DNA from: Piromyces finnis finn
Taxonomy: Eukaryota > Fungi > Neocallimastigomycota
Assembly (NCBI GenBank): GCA_002104945.1
Contig: MCFH01000130.1
Coordinates: 1-32,206 of the forward strand
Direction of reading: 5' to 3'
DNA length: 32,206 nt
Below the pieces are notes generated by a model. The model was not told where the DNA came from. It saw only the letters and a program-made list of their open reading frames with translations, and did not search any database. Positions 12,647 to 24,102 of this stretch are shown in pieces (within the stretch, counting starts at the first letter, position 1; every line of letters begins with the position of its first letter). A program made the position numbers and the translations under genes.

Positions 12647-12860
12647 AATACTAGAAATAACTAAATTGTCTTAGTGGTTAGTAGCTAAGACTTTGAGTCT
12701 GAATGACACTAGTTCGAGACCTCATAGATACTATTTTTAAAAAAATTATAATTTTATTTTATTTTATTTTATTTTTAAATTTTATTTTATATGAAGATTA
12801 TTGATTGGTTAAGAATTTTAAGTTGAAAAAATTTTATAAATTAATTTAAAAAATTTTTAG

Positions 12861-12868
12861 TATAAATA
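12861..12868 (+). promoter_or_regulatory. Candidate TATA box in Gypsy-2 LTR
   Basis: TATAAATA 40 nt upstream of 12901, the transcript start inferred from the self-priming complementarity. Confidence 0.5.
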
Positions 12869-13079
12869 CGAGTGAATTTTCCCAAATATTTTAAAGAATC
12901 GAGATTTTATTAATAAATAATTATATTATTAAACACTTAACTTATTAAGTTAAATTCTATGTGTTTTTAATGATATTTTTATAAATTAATAATTTACAGA
13001 ATATTTTAAAGTGTTAATATTACTAAGTTATTTAGTAAATATTATAATTTGTTTTATTGTTAAAGACACATTTCTTTAC

Positions 13080-13090
13080 AATAAAATCTC
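13080..13090 (+). other. Self-priming PBS of Gypsy-2
   Basis: AATAAAATCTC is the exact reverse complement of GAGATTTTATT at 12901-12911 in the LTR. No TGG tRNA-type PBS is present. Confidence 0.8.
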
Positions 13091-13970
13091 CTTATAATAT
13101 AAAAGCTTAATACCTTAGTGTTTAAGGAATTGTTATAGATAAAACTTTTAAGTTTTATTGTTGAAGCTTTTCTTTAAAGAAATATTTTTACTTAAAGTAG
13201 TAGAATTAGTACGCTTTAGAAGCGGTATATAATTCAAACTATAAAAAGTAAAAGATTAACGGGATCGAGTTTAACCTGTACAATAATTGGGTTGGCAGGC
13301 TCTGAGCTATTCTACTTTGAATAAGGAAGTAGGAGAATCCGAGGTACACCACGTACAAGACGCTGTAATAAGCAAGCTGGCGTGAGATTTATAGTTGTAT
13401 ACTATCTTTTGCTGTTTGATTATAGACCGGAAAATAGCCGGAAATGCCTTACTTTAATAAAATAATATTTCTTAATTAATACATTTTAAAATTAAGTTTT
13501 CTAATAAAACAATTTCTAATTTTTAATTATAATTATTAATTGTTAAGACAATTTATTAAAATTGTAATAATATAAAATAATATTCTTTATAACTCCTTTA
13601 GCGTGAGAAGTTAAACTCTTATACATAATACTTCTACGTTCGGATAAGGTTGATATAGGGAAAGAAAACCTGTAATAATTTTTATTGCTAACAATAAGTT
13701 AGACACTAAAAAAATTTTTACACCGTTCCTTTCTTTTATTAATTTAATTAATATTAACAATCGACTTTATACGTGTTATCGTGAAGAGCTACGAAGGACT
13801 TATTATAAAGAATAAAACAGGTTATATATTTGATGGTTTAACACTATATAATCTGGTTTATATTATTATTTAATAAAAAGATTTACTCAATTAATAAATA
13901 TAATTAAATACTTTATTCTATTATTTTTACAAACTTATTAAAGTTTATTAAAGAAAACATCATAAATACT

Positions 13971-16900
13971 ATGGAAGAGAACGAAAACAACCACATGGAT
14001 AATAATAATATTTTCGAAAACGCAACTCTTAAGGATGGTTTTGCAGGGGATCACAGGTATCTGAAGGGTTTCTTAGCTAAGGTGGAGCTAGTGTTTATGC
14101 TATATCCTGAACGGTATCAAGACGACGCAACCAAAATTCTCTATATAATATCAAGACTTTATGGGGACGCTATGAATTGGGCTGCTACTCTTATAAACAA
14201 CCATGATCCGTGTCTTAATAACTACCAAGCTTTTGTTGACAGGTTTAAGGCTTTTTATGGATATAACGATGCTACCTATGTTGCAAATCAAATGCTTAGA
14301 ACCTTAAAACAACGCCGATTAGGAGGAATTAGAGGCTATATCTTAGAATTTAACCGCTATGCTGATGAATCAAACTGGAATGAACAAGTCAAAATGGATG
14401 CATTTATAGCTGGCCTTAATCAACAAGTTGCCGTTCGTATTTTGGAAATGTTTCCGGGTCCTAGGGATCTTCTTTCATTACAGACTATTGCTTCAAGAAT
14501 CGATTCAAGATTATCTACACATCATACCTTTTTCCCTTCTGGTTCAAACAATGACCGAAACCGAAAGAAAAGATCTTTTCATCACTCTTCAAAAATAACA
14601 AAGTCCATTACAAACAGGAATAACCATGGCCCTATCTCAAACGAAGAAAAGGAAAGAAGAAAGAAAGAAAATCTTTGTGTGTATTGTGGTGCTTCAAGTC
14701 ATAAGCTTAATAATTGTCCAAAAAGAAAGAATAAAGATCGTGAAGATCCTTCACTAATATCTATTCCCACACTTATATCCGCTCCTAAAGAAGAAAACAA
14801 AACTCATAATAAAATGACAACTAAATTTAAACTTTCTTATGAACTAAATACGGATATTCTTATTGACTCAGGATCCAAACTTAATTTAATTGATGTAGAT
14901 TACTGTAACGATAATAACATTCCTTATCATGATGACGGTAACCTCCCAAATATCGTTGGTATCGGTGGTCGACAATCTCTTTTTGGAATTACATCTCCTT
15001 TGAATCTTCGCTACAAAGATCATCTCTGTCGAACACAATTCTATGTAACTGATCTACCTTATTATCCTTGTATTCTTGGAATAGACTGGCTTAAAGAACA
15101 CAATCCTTCTATCGATTTCACAAAGAACAAAATTTCATTTGTATCCGATTACTGTTATAATCGTTGTATAACACTCTCCAATAATGTCCCTGAATTTCCT
15201 GAAGAAAGATCTGCTTTTCCTGCAATGGAAGATCCTTCCTACGAACCTCCGCATGATTCATTCGCTTACCCTATATATGTCGATAAACAAAACATCCAAT
15301 CTCAAAACGAAACTAATCGTACTTGTACTATTCTCTGTTCGGGTTCTTCAAAAAATATTAACAATTCTGTTTCTAAGAAGTCTTCTGTTAACTTTTCTAC
15401 TTCGTCTCTCTCAAATCAAGAACCAACTTCTGTTTTGACTTCTTTTTCTGATTCTAATATTCAATCCAATTCTATTCTCAAATCCGATTCAAACTCTAAA
15501 TCAGAACCCAATTCTTCTATTATACTTCCGGATGTTCTCTCTGACTTTGCTGATGTCTTCAATGAATCTAATGCTGAAAAACTTCCTCCACACCGTCCAT
15601 ACGATTGTGAAATAAAACTCAAAGAAAATTCAAAACTGTTTTATGGACCGATTTATCCTCTAACAGAAACCGAATCAATTGCTTTAGAAGAATATATAAA
15701 AGAAAATCTCAAGAAAGGATTTATTAGAAAATCAAAATCGCCTGCGGGAGCTCCTATTCTGTTTGTACCTAAGAAAAACGGTCAACTTCGTATGTGTGTT
15801 GACTATCGCCAATTAAACTCCATAACTATTCGTGATTCTTATCCCCTTCCTCTTATACAAGATATGCTTGAACATCTTGGAAAAGGGAAGATTTTCTCAA
15901 AATTGGATCTTCGTTCTGCCCATAACTTGGTCAGGATTAAAAGTGGTGATGAATATAAAACCGCTTTTACTTGCAAGTTAGGTCATTTTGAATACTGTGT
16001 GATGCCTTTTGGGTTGAAAAATGCACCTGCTGTTTTTCAACATTTCATTAATGATGTTCTTGAAGACGTTCTTGGTAAATTCGCTTTCTTTTACATAGAT
16101 GATATTATTATTTTTTCCTCTGATTATAAATCTCATATATCTCATGTCAAAACTGTTTTGAAACACCTGAGGGATGTTGGGCTCTATGCTAAATTGGAAA
16201 AATGCGAGTTCTTTGTTTCTTTTATTGATTTCCTTGGTCATAGGATTTCTACTGATGGTATTCACATGGACCCAAATAAAGTTTCTTCTATTTTAAACTG
16301 GCCTACTCCATCTAATGTTAAAGAGGTTCAATCTTTTCTTGGTCTTGCGAACTACTACCGTCGATTTATTCCAAATTTTGCAAAGATCGCTCATCCTTTG
16401 CATAAACTTTTGAAGAAAAATGTTAAATTTGCATGGTCTAAAGAAGCTCAAGATGCTTTCGATTCACTCAAGTCCTTATTTATTTCTGCTCCTGTTCTTA
16501 TATTTCCTAATCGTGAACTTCCATTCATAGTCGAAACTGATTCAAGTAACTTTGCCATTGGTGCTATTCTCTCGCAAGTCTCTCCAATTGATAATATGAC
16601 CCATCCAGTTGCTTTCTTTTCTCGCTCTCTTACTGGTCCTGAACGTAATTATCCAATATATGATAAAGAGCTCTTAGCTATCGTTGCTGCTCTTGAAACA
16701 TGGCGTCATCTACTTAAAGGCTCTTATTCTACTTTTAAGATTTACTCGGATCATCGAAATTTACTCTATCAAAAGAAACCTGAAAAAATGTCTCAACGTC
16801 TTGTTCGCTGGGCTTTGTTTCTCTCTGAATTTAACTTTGTTATTATTTATCGTTCTGGTTCTTCTAACGGTAAGCCTGATACTCTATCTCGTCGTCCTGA

Positions 16901-18413
16901 TTATGCTATCAATTCGAATTCCTCTTCTGATGTTCCTTTTAATGTTCTTCGCCCTGAAAACTTTTGTGCCATTGTGACTTCTGTTTCGTCCATTAGTGAT
17001 TCTTTTCTTTCCGAATATATAAATGATGACTTTTACAATAAAATCTGTGAATATCTTGATTGTAGGAAACCTCCAATACCTCATCCTCAAATTGACAAAT
17101 TTTCCTTAAGCAATAGTTTTCTCCTTTTTACTGACAGAATCTATGTTCCTCCTAATTGTCGTCTTTCAATTCTTAAACTCTGTCACGACTCTCCTTCAGC
17201 TGGTCATTTCGGAATAAAGAAAACATCTTCTCTTATTGCTAGAGACTTCTGGTGGCCTTCTATTTCTTCTGATGTTAAAGACTACGTTCGTTCTTGTGAA
17301 GTTTGTTGTCGTTCAAAAACCTTTCGTCATAAACCTTATGGTCTTCTGAATCCTCTTGATATTGCTGAGCGTCCTTGGTCATCCATTTCAATGGATTTCA
17401 TTACAGATTTGCCTTCATCTTCTGGTTTCACTTGCATTCTTGTTGTTGTTGATCGTCTTACAAAAATGGTTCATCTCATTCCGTTCAAAAGTATTCCTTC
17501 CGCCGCCGAAACAGCCACAGCCTTTATTGATAATATTTTCCGTCTTCATGGCCTACCTGAATCTATTGTCTCGGATAGAGGTTCTCAATTTACCTCTAAA
17601 TTCTTCCAATCCATCTGTTCCTCCCTTGGCATTGAACTTAAGTTGTCTACTCCATTTCATCATCAATCAAACGGTCAGACGGAGAGGGTGAACTCCGTTA
17701 TAGAACAATATTTAAGATGTTTCTCAAATTATAAAGGTTCAAATTGGAAAAGTTTTCTTAGTCTTGCAGAATTTAGTTATAACAACGTGGTTCAAGAATC
17801 ATCCAAATTTTCTCCATTCTTTTTGAATTACGGCTTTCATCCAAAATATTCACCAGTTATTCCAGACTTATCTAAAGTCCCAAGAGCAGAAGAGTTTACA
17901 AGAGATTTTAAAACTTTAATTAATACCTTAAAAGAAAATTTAAAATCTGCCATGGAAACCCAGAAGAAGCATGCTGACAAACTTAGAAAAGAAGCTCCGA
18001 ATTTTAAAGTTGGTGACAAAGTTTGGCTGGATAGTTCTTTAATTATCCACAAAGGAAATAAAAAATTTAAGCCAAGAAAACTCGGCCCATACAAAATCTT
18101 GGAAAAAATATCAAATGTTACATTTAAATTAAGTCTCCCAAAATCTATTAAGATTCATCCAATTATTCATGTATCCAATCTCGAGAAATATGTCGAAGAT
18201 AAATTTGGAAGATCTCAACCGCCACCGCCACCTATTACCGTTGACAATGAAGAAGAATACGAAGTTGAAGAAATTCTGGATAAAAGAAGACATTACGGAA
18301 AAATACAATACCTGATTAAATGGAAAGGGTATTCAATCAATGAAGCTTCGTGGGATCCTGAAGAAAATCTAAATTGCAAGGGGCTACTTAAAAAATTTAA
18401 TAGAAAGAAATAA
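13971..18413 (+). CDS. pol: Gypsy-2 Gag-Pol polyprotein (capsid, CCHC-like knuckle, protease, RT, RNase H, integrase, chromodomain), 1480 aa
   Basis: [14 protein letters not shown]; LIDSGS; LRMCVDYR; [13 protein letters not shown]; YIDD; [10 protein letters not shown]; SDHRNL; GHFG..CEVC; MDFI, SDRG, QTER; LGPYKI; [23 protein letters not shown]. Confidence 0.97.
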   Translation: MEENENNHMDNNNIFENATLKDGFAGDHRYLKGFLAKVELVFMLYPERYQDDATKILYIISRLYGDAMNWAATLINNHDPCLNNYQAFVDRFKAFYGYNDATYVANQMLRTLKQRRLGGIRGYILEFNRYADESNWNEQVKMDAFIAGLNQQVAVRILEMFPGPRDLLSLQTIASRIDSRLSTHHTFFPSGSNNDRNRKKRSFHHSSKITKSITNRNNHGPISNEEKERRKKENLCVYCGASSHKLNNCPKRKNKDREDPSLISIPTLISAPKEENKTHNKMTTKFKLSYELNTDILIDSGSKLNLIDVDYCNDNNIPYHDDGNLPNIVGIGGRQSLFGITSPLNLRYKDHLCRTQFYVTDLPYYPCILGIDWLKEHNPSIDFTKNKISFVSDYCYNRCITLSNNVPEFPEERSAFPAMEDPSYEPPHDSFAYPIYVDKQNIQSQNETNRTCTILCSGSSKNINNSVSKKSSVNFSTSSLSNQEPTSVLTSFSDSNIQSNSILKSDSNSKSEPNSSIILPDVLSDFADVFNESNAEKLPPHRPYDCEIKLKENSKLFYGPIYPLTETESIALEEYIKENLKKGFIRKSKSPAGAPILFVPKKNGQLRMCVDYRQLNSITIRDSYPLPLIQDMLEHLGKGKIFSKLDLRSAHNLVRIKSGDEYKTAFTCKLGHFEYCVMPFGLKNAPAVFQHFINDVLEDVLGKFAFFYIDDIIIFSSDYKSHISHVKTVLKHLRDVGLYAKLEKCEFFVSFIDFLGHRISTDGIHMDPNKVSSILNWPTPSNVKEVQSFLGLANYYRRFIPNFAKIAHPLHKLLKKNVKFAWSKEAQDAFDSLKSLFISAPVLIFPNRELPFIVETDSSNFAIGAILSQVSPIDNMTHPVAFFSRSLTGPERNYPIYDKELLAIVAALETWRHLLKGSYSTFKIYSDHRNLLYQKKPEKMSQRLVRWALFLSEFNFVIIYRSGSSNGKPDTLSRRPDYAINSNSSSDVPFNVLRPENFCAIVTSVSSISDSFLSEYINDDFYNKICEYLDCRKPPIPHPQIDKFSLSNSFLLFTDRIYVPPNCRLSILKLCHDSPSAGHFGIKKTSSLIARDFWWPSISSDVKDYVRSCEVCCRSKTFRHKPYGLLNPLDIAERPWSSISMDFITDLPSSSGFTCILVVVDRLTKMVHLIPFKSIPSAAETATAFIDNIFRLHGLPESIVSDRGSQFTSKFFQSICSSLGIELKLSTPFHHQSNGQTERVNSVIEQYLRCFSNYKGSNWKSFLSLAEFSYNNVVQESSKFSPFFLNYGFHPKYSPVIPDLSKVPRAEEFTRDFKTLINTLKENLKSAMETQKKHADKLRKEAPNFKVGDKVWLDSSLIIHKGNKKFKPRKLGPYKILEKISNVTFKLSLPKSIKIHPIIHVSNLEKYVEDKFGRSQPPPPPITVDNEEEYEVEEILDKRRHYGKIQYLIKWKGYSINEASWDPEENLNCKGLLKKFNRKK

Positions 18414-18710
18414 AAAATAGTTAAAAAATTCAAATTATATTTATTATTAATATTAAAATCACAATTATTATTATTATCAAAACTTATTAATATCATTATC
18501 AATATCAATTTTATTATTAAACAATTTATTAATATCAAATTTATCAATATTTTATTTTTAACTTTAGTAATATTAAAAAAAAAAAATGTATTTTATTATA
18601 TTAAATGTATTTTTATAATTAAGAAAATTCACTCCTTAGTTTAGTTTATTAAAAAAGAAAAACATATATTTAAATATTAAAATTCTAGATTCGTCTGGTA
18701 TCCGAATCCT

Positions 18711-18720
18711 GGAGGAGGAC
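18711..18720 (+). other. Polypurine tract of Gypsy-2
   Basis: GGAGGAGGAC, 2 nt before the 3' LTR. Confidence 0.8.
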
Positions 18721-18722
18721 CA

Positions 18723-19163
18723 TGTAATGAATACTAGAAATAACTAAATTGTCTTAGTGGTTAGTAGCTAAGACTTTGAGTCTGAATGACACTAGTTCGA
18801 GACCTCATAGATACTATTTTTAAAAAAATTATAATTTTATTTTATTTTATTTTATTTTTAAATTTTATTTTATATGAAGATTATTGATTGGTTAAGAATT
18901 TTAAGTTGAAAAAATTTTATAAATTAATTTAAAAAATTTTTAGTATAAATACGAGTGAATTTTCCCAAATATTTTAAAGAATCGAGATTTTATTAATAAA
19001 TAATTATATTATTAAACACTTAACTTATTAAGTTAAATTCTATGTGTTTTTAATGATATTTTTATAAATTAATAATTTACAGAATATTTTAAAGTGTTAA
19101 TATTACTAAGTTATTTAGTAAATATTATAATTTGTTTTATTGTTAAAGACACATTTCTTTACA
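18723..19163 (+). repeat. Gypsy-2 3' LTR
   Basis: TGTAATG...CTTTACA, 441 bp. Confidence 0.96.
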
Positions 19164-21134
19164 AGAATAAATAATTATGTCATCAAGGTATACTTGAATA
19201 CAAACATTGAGGAGGTCAAAGAAGATACGATTCATCTCTCTTTGAAAGGTCGCCGGCGCGTTTGTTAAACCAAAAGGCATGACTACGTAATCAAAATTTC
19301 CAAAGCGCGTGGTAATAGCTGTAATACATTGGTCTTCTGGTAGCATAGGAATTTGGTGGTATCCACTGAATAGATCTAAGGCCGTGAAAAATCTTGCACC
19401 AGTCATGGATTCAAAAGCTTCTCTAATGTTGGGAATAGAGTAAGCATCCTTTACAGTAATATTATTGACTTTTCTATAATCTGCACAAAGACGCCATTTA
19501 TTGTGCTTCTTAGGAACCATTACAATGGGAGAAGCCCAAGGGGAATGGGATGGAACAATAAGGCCTTTATCCAGTAGTTTTTGAAGTTCACCCTTAAGAG
19601 CAGCTAGTTGAACTTGTGACAACTTCCGAACTTTAGCTTTAATGGGTTTAGCGCCCTCAACAAGTTCAATGTGGTGTGACCGGAGTTTTGAACGTTGGAG
19701 ATCATCAGTGGAACAAGCAATAACATCACGAAAAGAAAATAGAAGACTTTGAAAATCATCTACAACAATCGGTTCTTCAGACTTATATGAAGGAATAAGA
19801 TTATGTAATTCCTCAACTTTACCTAGAATTAAATCCTCCTTATTAAGAATAGGCTCGTTCTTGAGAGCAGCTACAATTGGTTTCCTATCAGAAGAGGGAA
19901 ATAAGTAACAGTAATAGCACAAAGAGTTAAAAGAATTAATATCAATAATAGGAGTGAGAGGTTCCAGAGTACCTTGACGTGTCTTAACACAAACAGTTTT
20001 ATCGACTGCATCAACAATAATCCGTTGATCATGTTGAACTTTCAAACCAATCAGAGCATCATAAAATACGTCGTCATTATCGCAAATGCGGAATAGGACC
20101 GGAAAGGTAAGAGAACCAATACACACATTGAGTTCAACCAAATCAAAGGTACGAAGGTTATCATCAGCCATAGCCTGTTGAATTTTGCTGTATACTTGGC
20201 CTTCAATTTTGAAATCGTTTATATTATCTAACAAGAATTTCCTCGAAACCAAGTTAATATTACTGCAGGAATCAACTAAAAGAAAAGCCTTATGTCCATT
20301 CAGTAAGGCATGAACTACGGCAATGTCGTGGTCTTTTACGGCACCCGACACATAGTCGTGATGAGGATTATTAACGACTTGTAGTTCCAGCGGCTTATTA
20401 TCCTGTTCGACCATACCCATGACAATAGAGCTAGAGGGAACACGTTCCTTCTTTAAGTTGTTGGCAAGATCCATACGAGATTGGTTGGATAATTCCAAGA
20501 GTTGGGCGAAAGTCACATTAGCCTTAGTATTTTTCAAGTCTTCGCAGATATCATATCTATTTGTCCCTTGAGATAACTTCATGACTTGTATAGTTTTCTC
20601 TTTTGGGCCTAAGGGCTGTACAAGTGCGCTTCCGATATTAGGAGAGGAAGTAATAGGACTTTTACTTTTCTTTTCACTTTTCGGCTTGGAAACATTTTTA
20701 AAAGATACAGATTTAACATGGCTCTCGGACTTACGGACATCTGGAGGTGCCTGAGTTTGTTCAAAATCCATTTCAACACTACTTACGTTTGGGAACGAGG
20801 GGGATTCGAACGCATGACCTGGGGACTGGGGGTTCGAGACAGTGCCCGCTGCACCATTGTGGTTATTTTCCTGAAAATTTTTTGAAGAGGGAAGATTCAC
20901 CTGGGGGTGTGCCTGAGATGGTTGTGAGCTCACCGGAGATGTAGGAGGAGGAGTAGTATCAGAATTCGAGGAGGTGAGCGAGTTGCGTCTCTTCGTTTGA
21001 GCTGATTCCTCCTCATCTGTAGGGTCTAATTTCCTTTTAGCTACAGCAATTATATCCTTTTTGACCGTAGATTCCGATGGTGAGTGACCCATTTGGTTAC
21101 TGGAGGTGGATCGACCTCCATTTAGTGATTTAAA
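19164..21134 (-). CDS. pol: Gypsy-1 pol, 5' part (S/P-rich linker, protease, RT up to YLDD), in the -1 frame relative to gag
   Basis: LLVDSCSNINL protease-like site; SPWASPIVMV, WRLCADYR, DLFSGYHQ, MPFGLTNAPATFQ, YLDDIIIYS. Rejoins 11925 as IYS-PSY once the TSD is removed. Confidence 0.94.
21086..21134 (-). promoter_or_regulatory. -1 programmed ribosomal frameshift signal (U UUA AAU plus stem/pseudoknot)
   Basis: Heptamer at 21134-21128 is in the correct gag frame. A 7-nt spacer precedes stem TGGAGGT/ACCTCCA (21120-21101); loop GATCC can pair with GGGTC (21090-21086). Confidence 0.8.
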
Positions 21135-22069
21135 CGACCACAGTCTTTTTGGAGGTGTCCTGGTTGATGGCAGCGATAACACACTTTTTGGGAAAAGTTA
21201 CCAGACGCATGAGGGGTATTCCTAGGCTGAGTGTAAGATGAATTATACCTGTTTTGATACTGATTTGGAGGATTATAAGCAGGATAAGGAGTGTAATATT
21301 CAGATTGATGATAAGTGGCATAACCATCACCCATTGGTGCAGGAGGCCTGTTGTTGAAATAAGGATCTGAGTAACTAGGTCCAGGAGCTTGGACAGGAGC
21401 AACCGGTGTTGAAGGATAATTGTAACTGGAATTATTGGAATATCCATAAGAATAAGGGTTAGGATTGGAATAATGACTATCCATCGGACGATACTGTGGT
21501 GTATAAGCACCATGAGGATTATAACCAGGAGTAAAGCTACTGGAATAAGAGGCGTATTCTTTCCAGTATTCGTGGTTCTTTGCAGTTTGGCAAGCCTCAT
21601 CAATAGTTGCGGGCTCGCGAATGGTGAGGGCATGTTGTAATTCTGGACGACTACGGATAGCATGCATATAGTCGTACACAGAAACTCTGGGGCGATATTC
21701 CGCATCCAAAGAATGGTAAAGGTCCAAAAACCTATTATTGAATTCATCCACTGTTTCTCCAGGACGAATAACCATAATCTTTAATCGGCGAAAACCATCC
21801 TGTTTGTTGTTCCAATAGGCTAACCTATTCCTAATTGATGGCATACATTCATCCAAAGAGGGTGGCCTGTTCCACATGCGTTCAAACCTAATTAGTTCAT
21901 CAACAATTTCTGGGAAATCGATACAACCGACAATGGTATCGAACTTTTCATTCTCATCAACAATGCCTTCTCTAGAAAACCATGCTTCCATCTGACGTTT
22001 CCACACATCTTCGTTGCAATGGGTTTTGTCCAAGATAGGAAGTCTATAATACGAAGATCTATTAGCCAT
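21122..22069 (-). CDS. gag: Gypsy-1 Gag (315 aa) with CCHC zinc knuckle
   Basis: ETVDEFNNRF major-homology-like segment; CYRCHQPGHLQKDC. Confidence 0.92.
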   Translation of the reverse strand: MANRSSYYRLPILDKTHCNEDVWKRQMEAWFSREGIVDENEKFDTIVGCIDFPEIVDELIRFERMWNRPPSLDECMPSIRNRLAYWNNKQDGFRRLKIMVIRPGETVDEFNNRFLDLYHSLDAEYRPRVSVYDYMHAIRSRPELQHALTIREPATIDEACQTAKNHEYWKEYASYSSSFTPGYNPHGAYTPQYRPMDSHYSNPNPYSYGYSNNSSYNYPSTPVAPVQAPGPSYSDPYFNNRPPAPMGDGYATYHQSEYYTPYPAYNPPNQYQNRYNSSYTQPRNTPHASGNFSQKVCYRCHQPGHLQKDCGRLNH

Positions 22070-22117
22070 AGCAAAAATTTACTGAAATTTAAAGGGTTAG
22101 GTATTAATGAGTAAACA

Positions 22118-22167
<50 letters not shown>

Positions 22168-22582
22168 ATTTAACTGAAAATAATATAACAAACTAATTAT
22201 TTAATATATTTTATTTATCAAGTTTAGTTTTCGACCTCCACTTCGGGCCCTCACTAATAAATACTTTATTCTAACAGTGGGTTAGAATGGTGATATTTCT
22301 TTAATAGCTGCCGGAAGCGCTCTACTCTCCTAATGAATATTTAAGAACTGATATGGTAGTTACCAACTCTTAAATAACCTCAATAAATAACTGGAGTAAA
22401 TATACTAAACTTTAATAATTTATACGCAAGCGTTGTAGCTGTCTAGTATAAACTACTTAATTATATTATATTATTAAAAGAATAACAACTTTTTATATCC
22501 TTTTCTACTTCTAAGTAGTAAAGGAGGAAAATAACAATAAAACTTGTTTTAAAAATCGAAAAAAAAAAACACTATTCTTTCT

Positions 22583-22601
22583 ATCCCCGATATCTCCACC
22601 A
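22583..22601 (-). other. Gypsy-1 primer binding site complementary to the tRNA-Ala 3' end
   Basis: The + strand reads ATCCCCGATATCTCCACCA, like eukaryotic tRNA-Ala ...ATCCCCGGCATCTCCACCA; 3 nt from the LTR. Confidence 0.8.
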
Positions 22602-22604
22602 AGT

Positions 22605-23025
22605 TGATACGGGTTAATTTTATGTAGAAAGAATTAAACTTTAATTAATATATATATTTTATTAATAATTTTATTTATAACGTTCCAATATTTCTATTCT
22701 GTCTAAATACTAAAACGTTCTGTCGTTGTCAAATATTAAAATTCTAACTAAAACAAGAAGCCCTTTTTAATAATATTTATTCTAGTCTATTTATACTAAT
22801 GAGGCTTACTTAATAATTAATTGTCCAATTATAAGGCTGGAACTATATGGATCATTCATTTACAATACTCTTTTACATTACATGATTTTACATTTGTCGT
22901 ACATTTACATTATATTCTTATACATTGTAGAAATAATTAATATTATAATAAATCTATATAAATTTAATATTAGGAAAAATTACTAATATAATAATATGTT
23001 CAAGTCACATATTATTTTTATATCA
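22605..23025 (-). repeat. Gypsy-1 5' LTR
   Basis: 421 bp, identical by eye to 8840-9260, adjacent to the PBS. Confidence 0.96.
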
Positions 23026-23461
23026 TAATGAAAAGATTATTTGTTAATTTTACTATATAAATTTATGAAATAATTTAGATAAATATTTAAATTAATGAAT
23101 AATTAAATTTAAATATTTTAAGCATTCAAATTAAATCTTAAAAAGTTTTTATTTAATTAAAATTAGTTTAAAACTTCAAAGTCAAAGTAGTTTTAAAATA
23201 GCATTTTTCAATAGTAATTATATAATAAATAGTATTATTAATATTAAATTAATATAGAAGTAATACATGGACTATATTCAATTTACAGTTTACTCAAATT
23301 GAATCAAAAGTGTATCTAATTAGTTTTAGTATAGGTTTATTATTTTATTATTTATTTAAATTAGTATTAAATTAGATTGGTTTATTTTATATTAAATATG
23401 TATATAATTAAATAGATATATCAAATTATAATATATAAAAAATATAAATACATGTAATTTT

Positions 23462-24095
23462 TCTTAATAAAAACGATGTAATTGTTATTGACTACAATTT
23501 ATTTAATAACTAAGTTCACACAAAGGTAAAAACACTATTCTGTCTGAGAAGACGAACAATAACATCTAAGGTATTGTTCAATGACAGCATTAGTAAGCTC
23601 AATTTGTCCGTTGGATTGTTGATGATGAGCAGTAGCAAGATTTGGTTTGACTCTAAGAGCAAAGCAAAAAGAAGTTCAAAATTCAGAAGAGAATTGAGAG
23701 CCGTGATCGGAGATAATGGTTTTAGGAAAACCATGATAACGAAAAACATTTGAAAGGAGGAGTCTAGCTGTGAGATCAGCCGAAGCAATGAATTAAATGG
23801 ATCATCTTTGTAAGGTGATAAGCGACCACCATAATACATGTACAATTTTGAGAATTTTGGAGAGAAACTATGAAATCCATCCCAATGATTTCCCACGGTT
23901 TATTTGGTACAGGAAGTGGCTGGATTTTTCCGTAAGGTTTGTGGCGGCGTATTTTGTTTTTTCCACAAACCTCACATGAAAAAACGTAGTTTTGTACGTC
24001 ATTACGCATATTTGGCCACCAATAATAACGTTTTAGTTTTTCAAGGGTTTTATCAACCCCCTGATGACTATTGTTTATTAAATAATCTAAAGATA
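23462..24095 (-). pseudogene. Degenerate Ty3/gypsy integrase remnant (related to Gypsy-2 type)
   Basis: HQGVDKT..WWPNMRNDVQNYVFSCEVC..HKPYG..PWEIIGMDFI; then SDHGSQF and QSNGQIE..IEQYLRC across frameshifts and stops. Confidence 0.88.
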
Positions 24096-24102
24096 TATAT
24101 TA

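Larger units (their letters stand above)
11926..13080 (+). repeat. Gypsy-2 5' LTR, split by a solo LTR (11926-11936 + 12651-13080 = 441 bp)
   Basis: Removing 11937-12650 gives a sequence identical by eye to 18723-19163. Confidence 0.95.
11926..19163 (+). mobile_element. Chromoviral Ty3/gypsy element Gypsy-2 (Tf1/sushi-like), intact
   Basis: TGTAA...TTACA termini, 5-bp TSD AGAAT (11921-11925, 19164-19168), 441-bp LTRs, single 1480-aa ORF with chromodomain. Confidence 0.97.
8840..23025 (-). mobile_element. Ty3/gypsy LTR retrotransposon Gypsy-1 (no chromodomain), interrupted in RT by Gypsy-2
   Basis: Two 421-bp TG..CA LTRs, 4-bp TSD TAAT (8836-8839, 23026-23029), PBS, gag and PR-RT-RH-IN order on the minus strand. 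Confidence 0.96.

Noticed and set aside
12660-12732. Functional tRNA-Gln gene
   Set aside because: Acceptor, D and T stems do not pair; kept only as a tRNA-like finding.
22583-22601. tRNA-Ala gene fragment
   Set aside because: Includes CCA and abuts the LTR; explained as the PBS.
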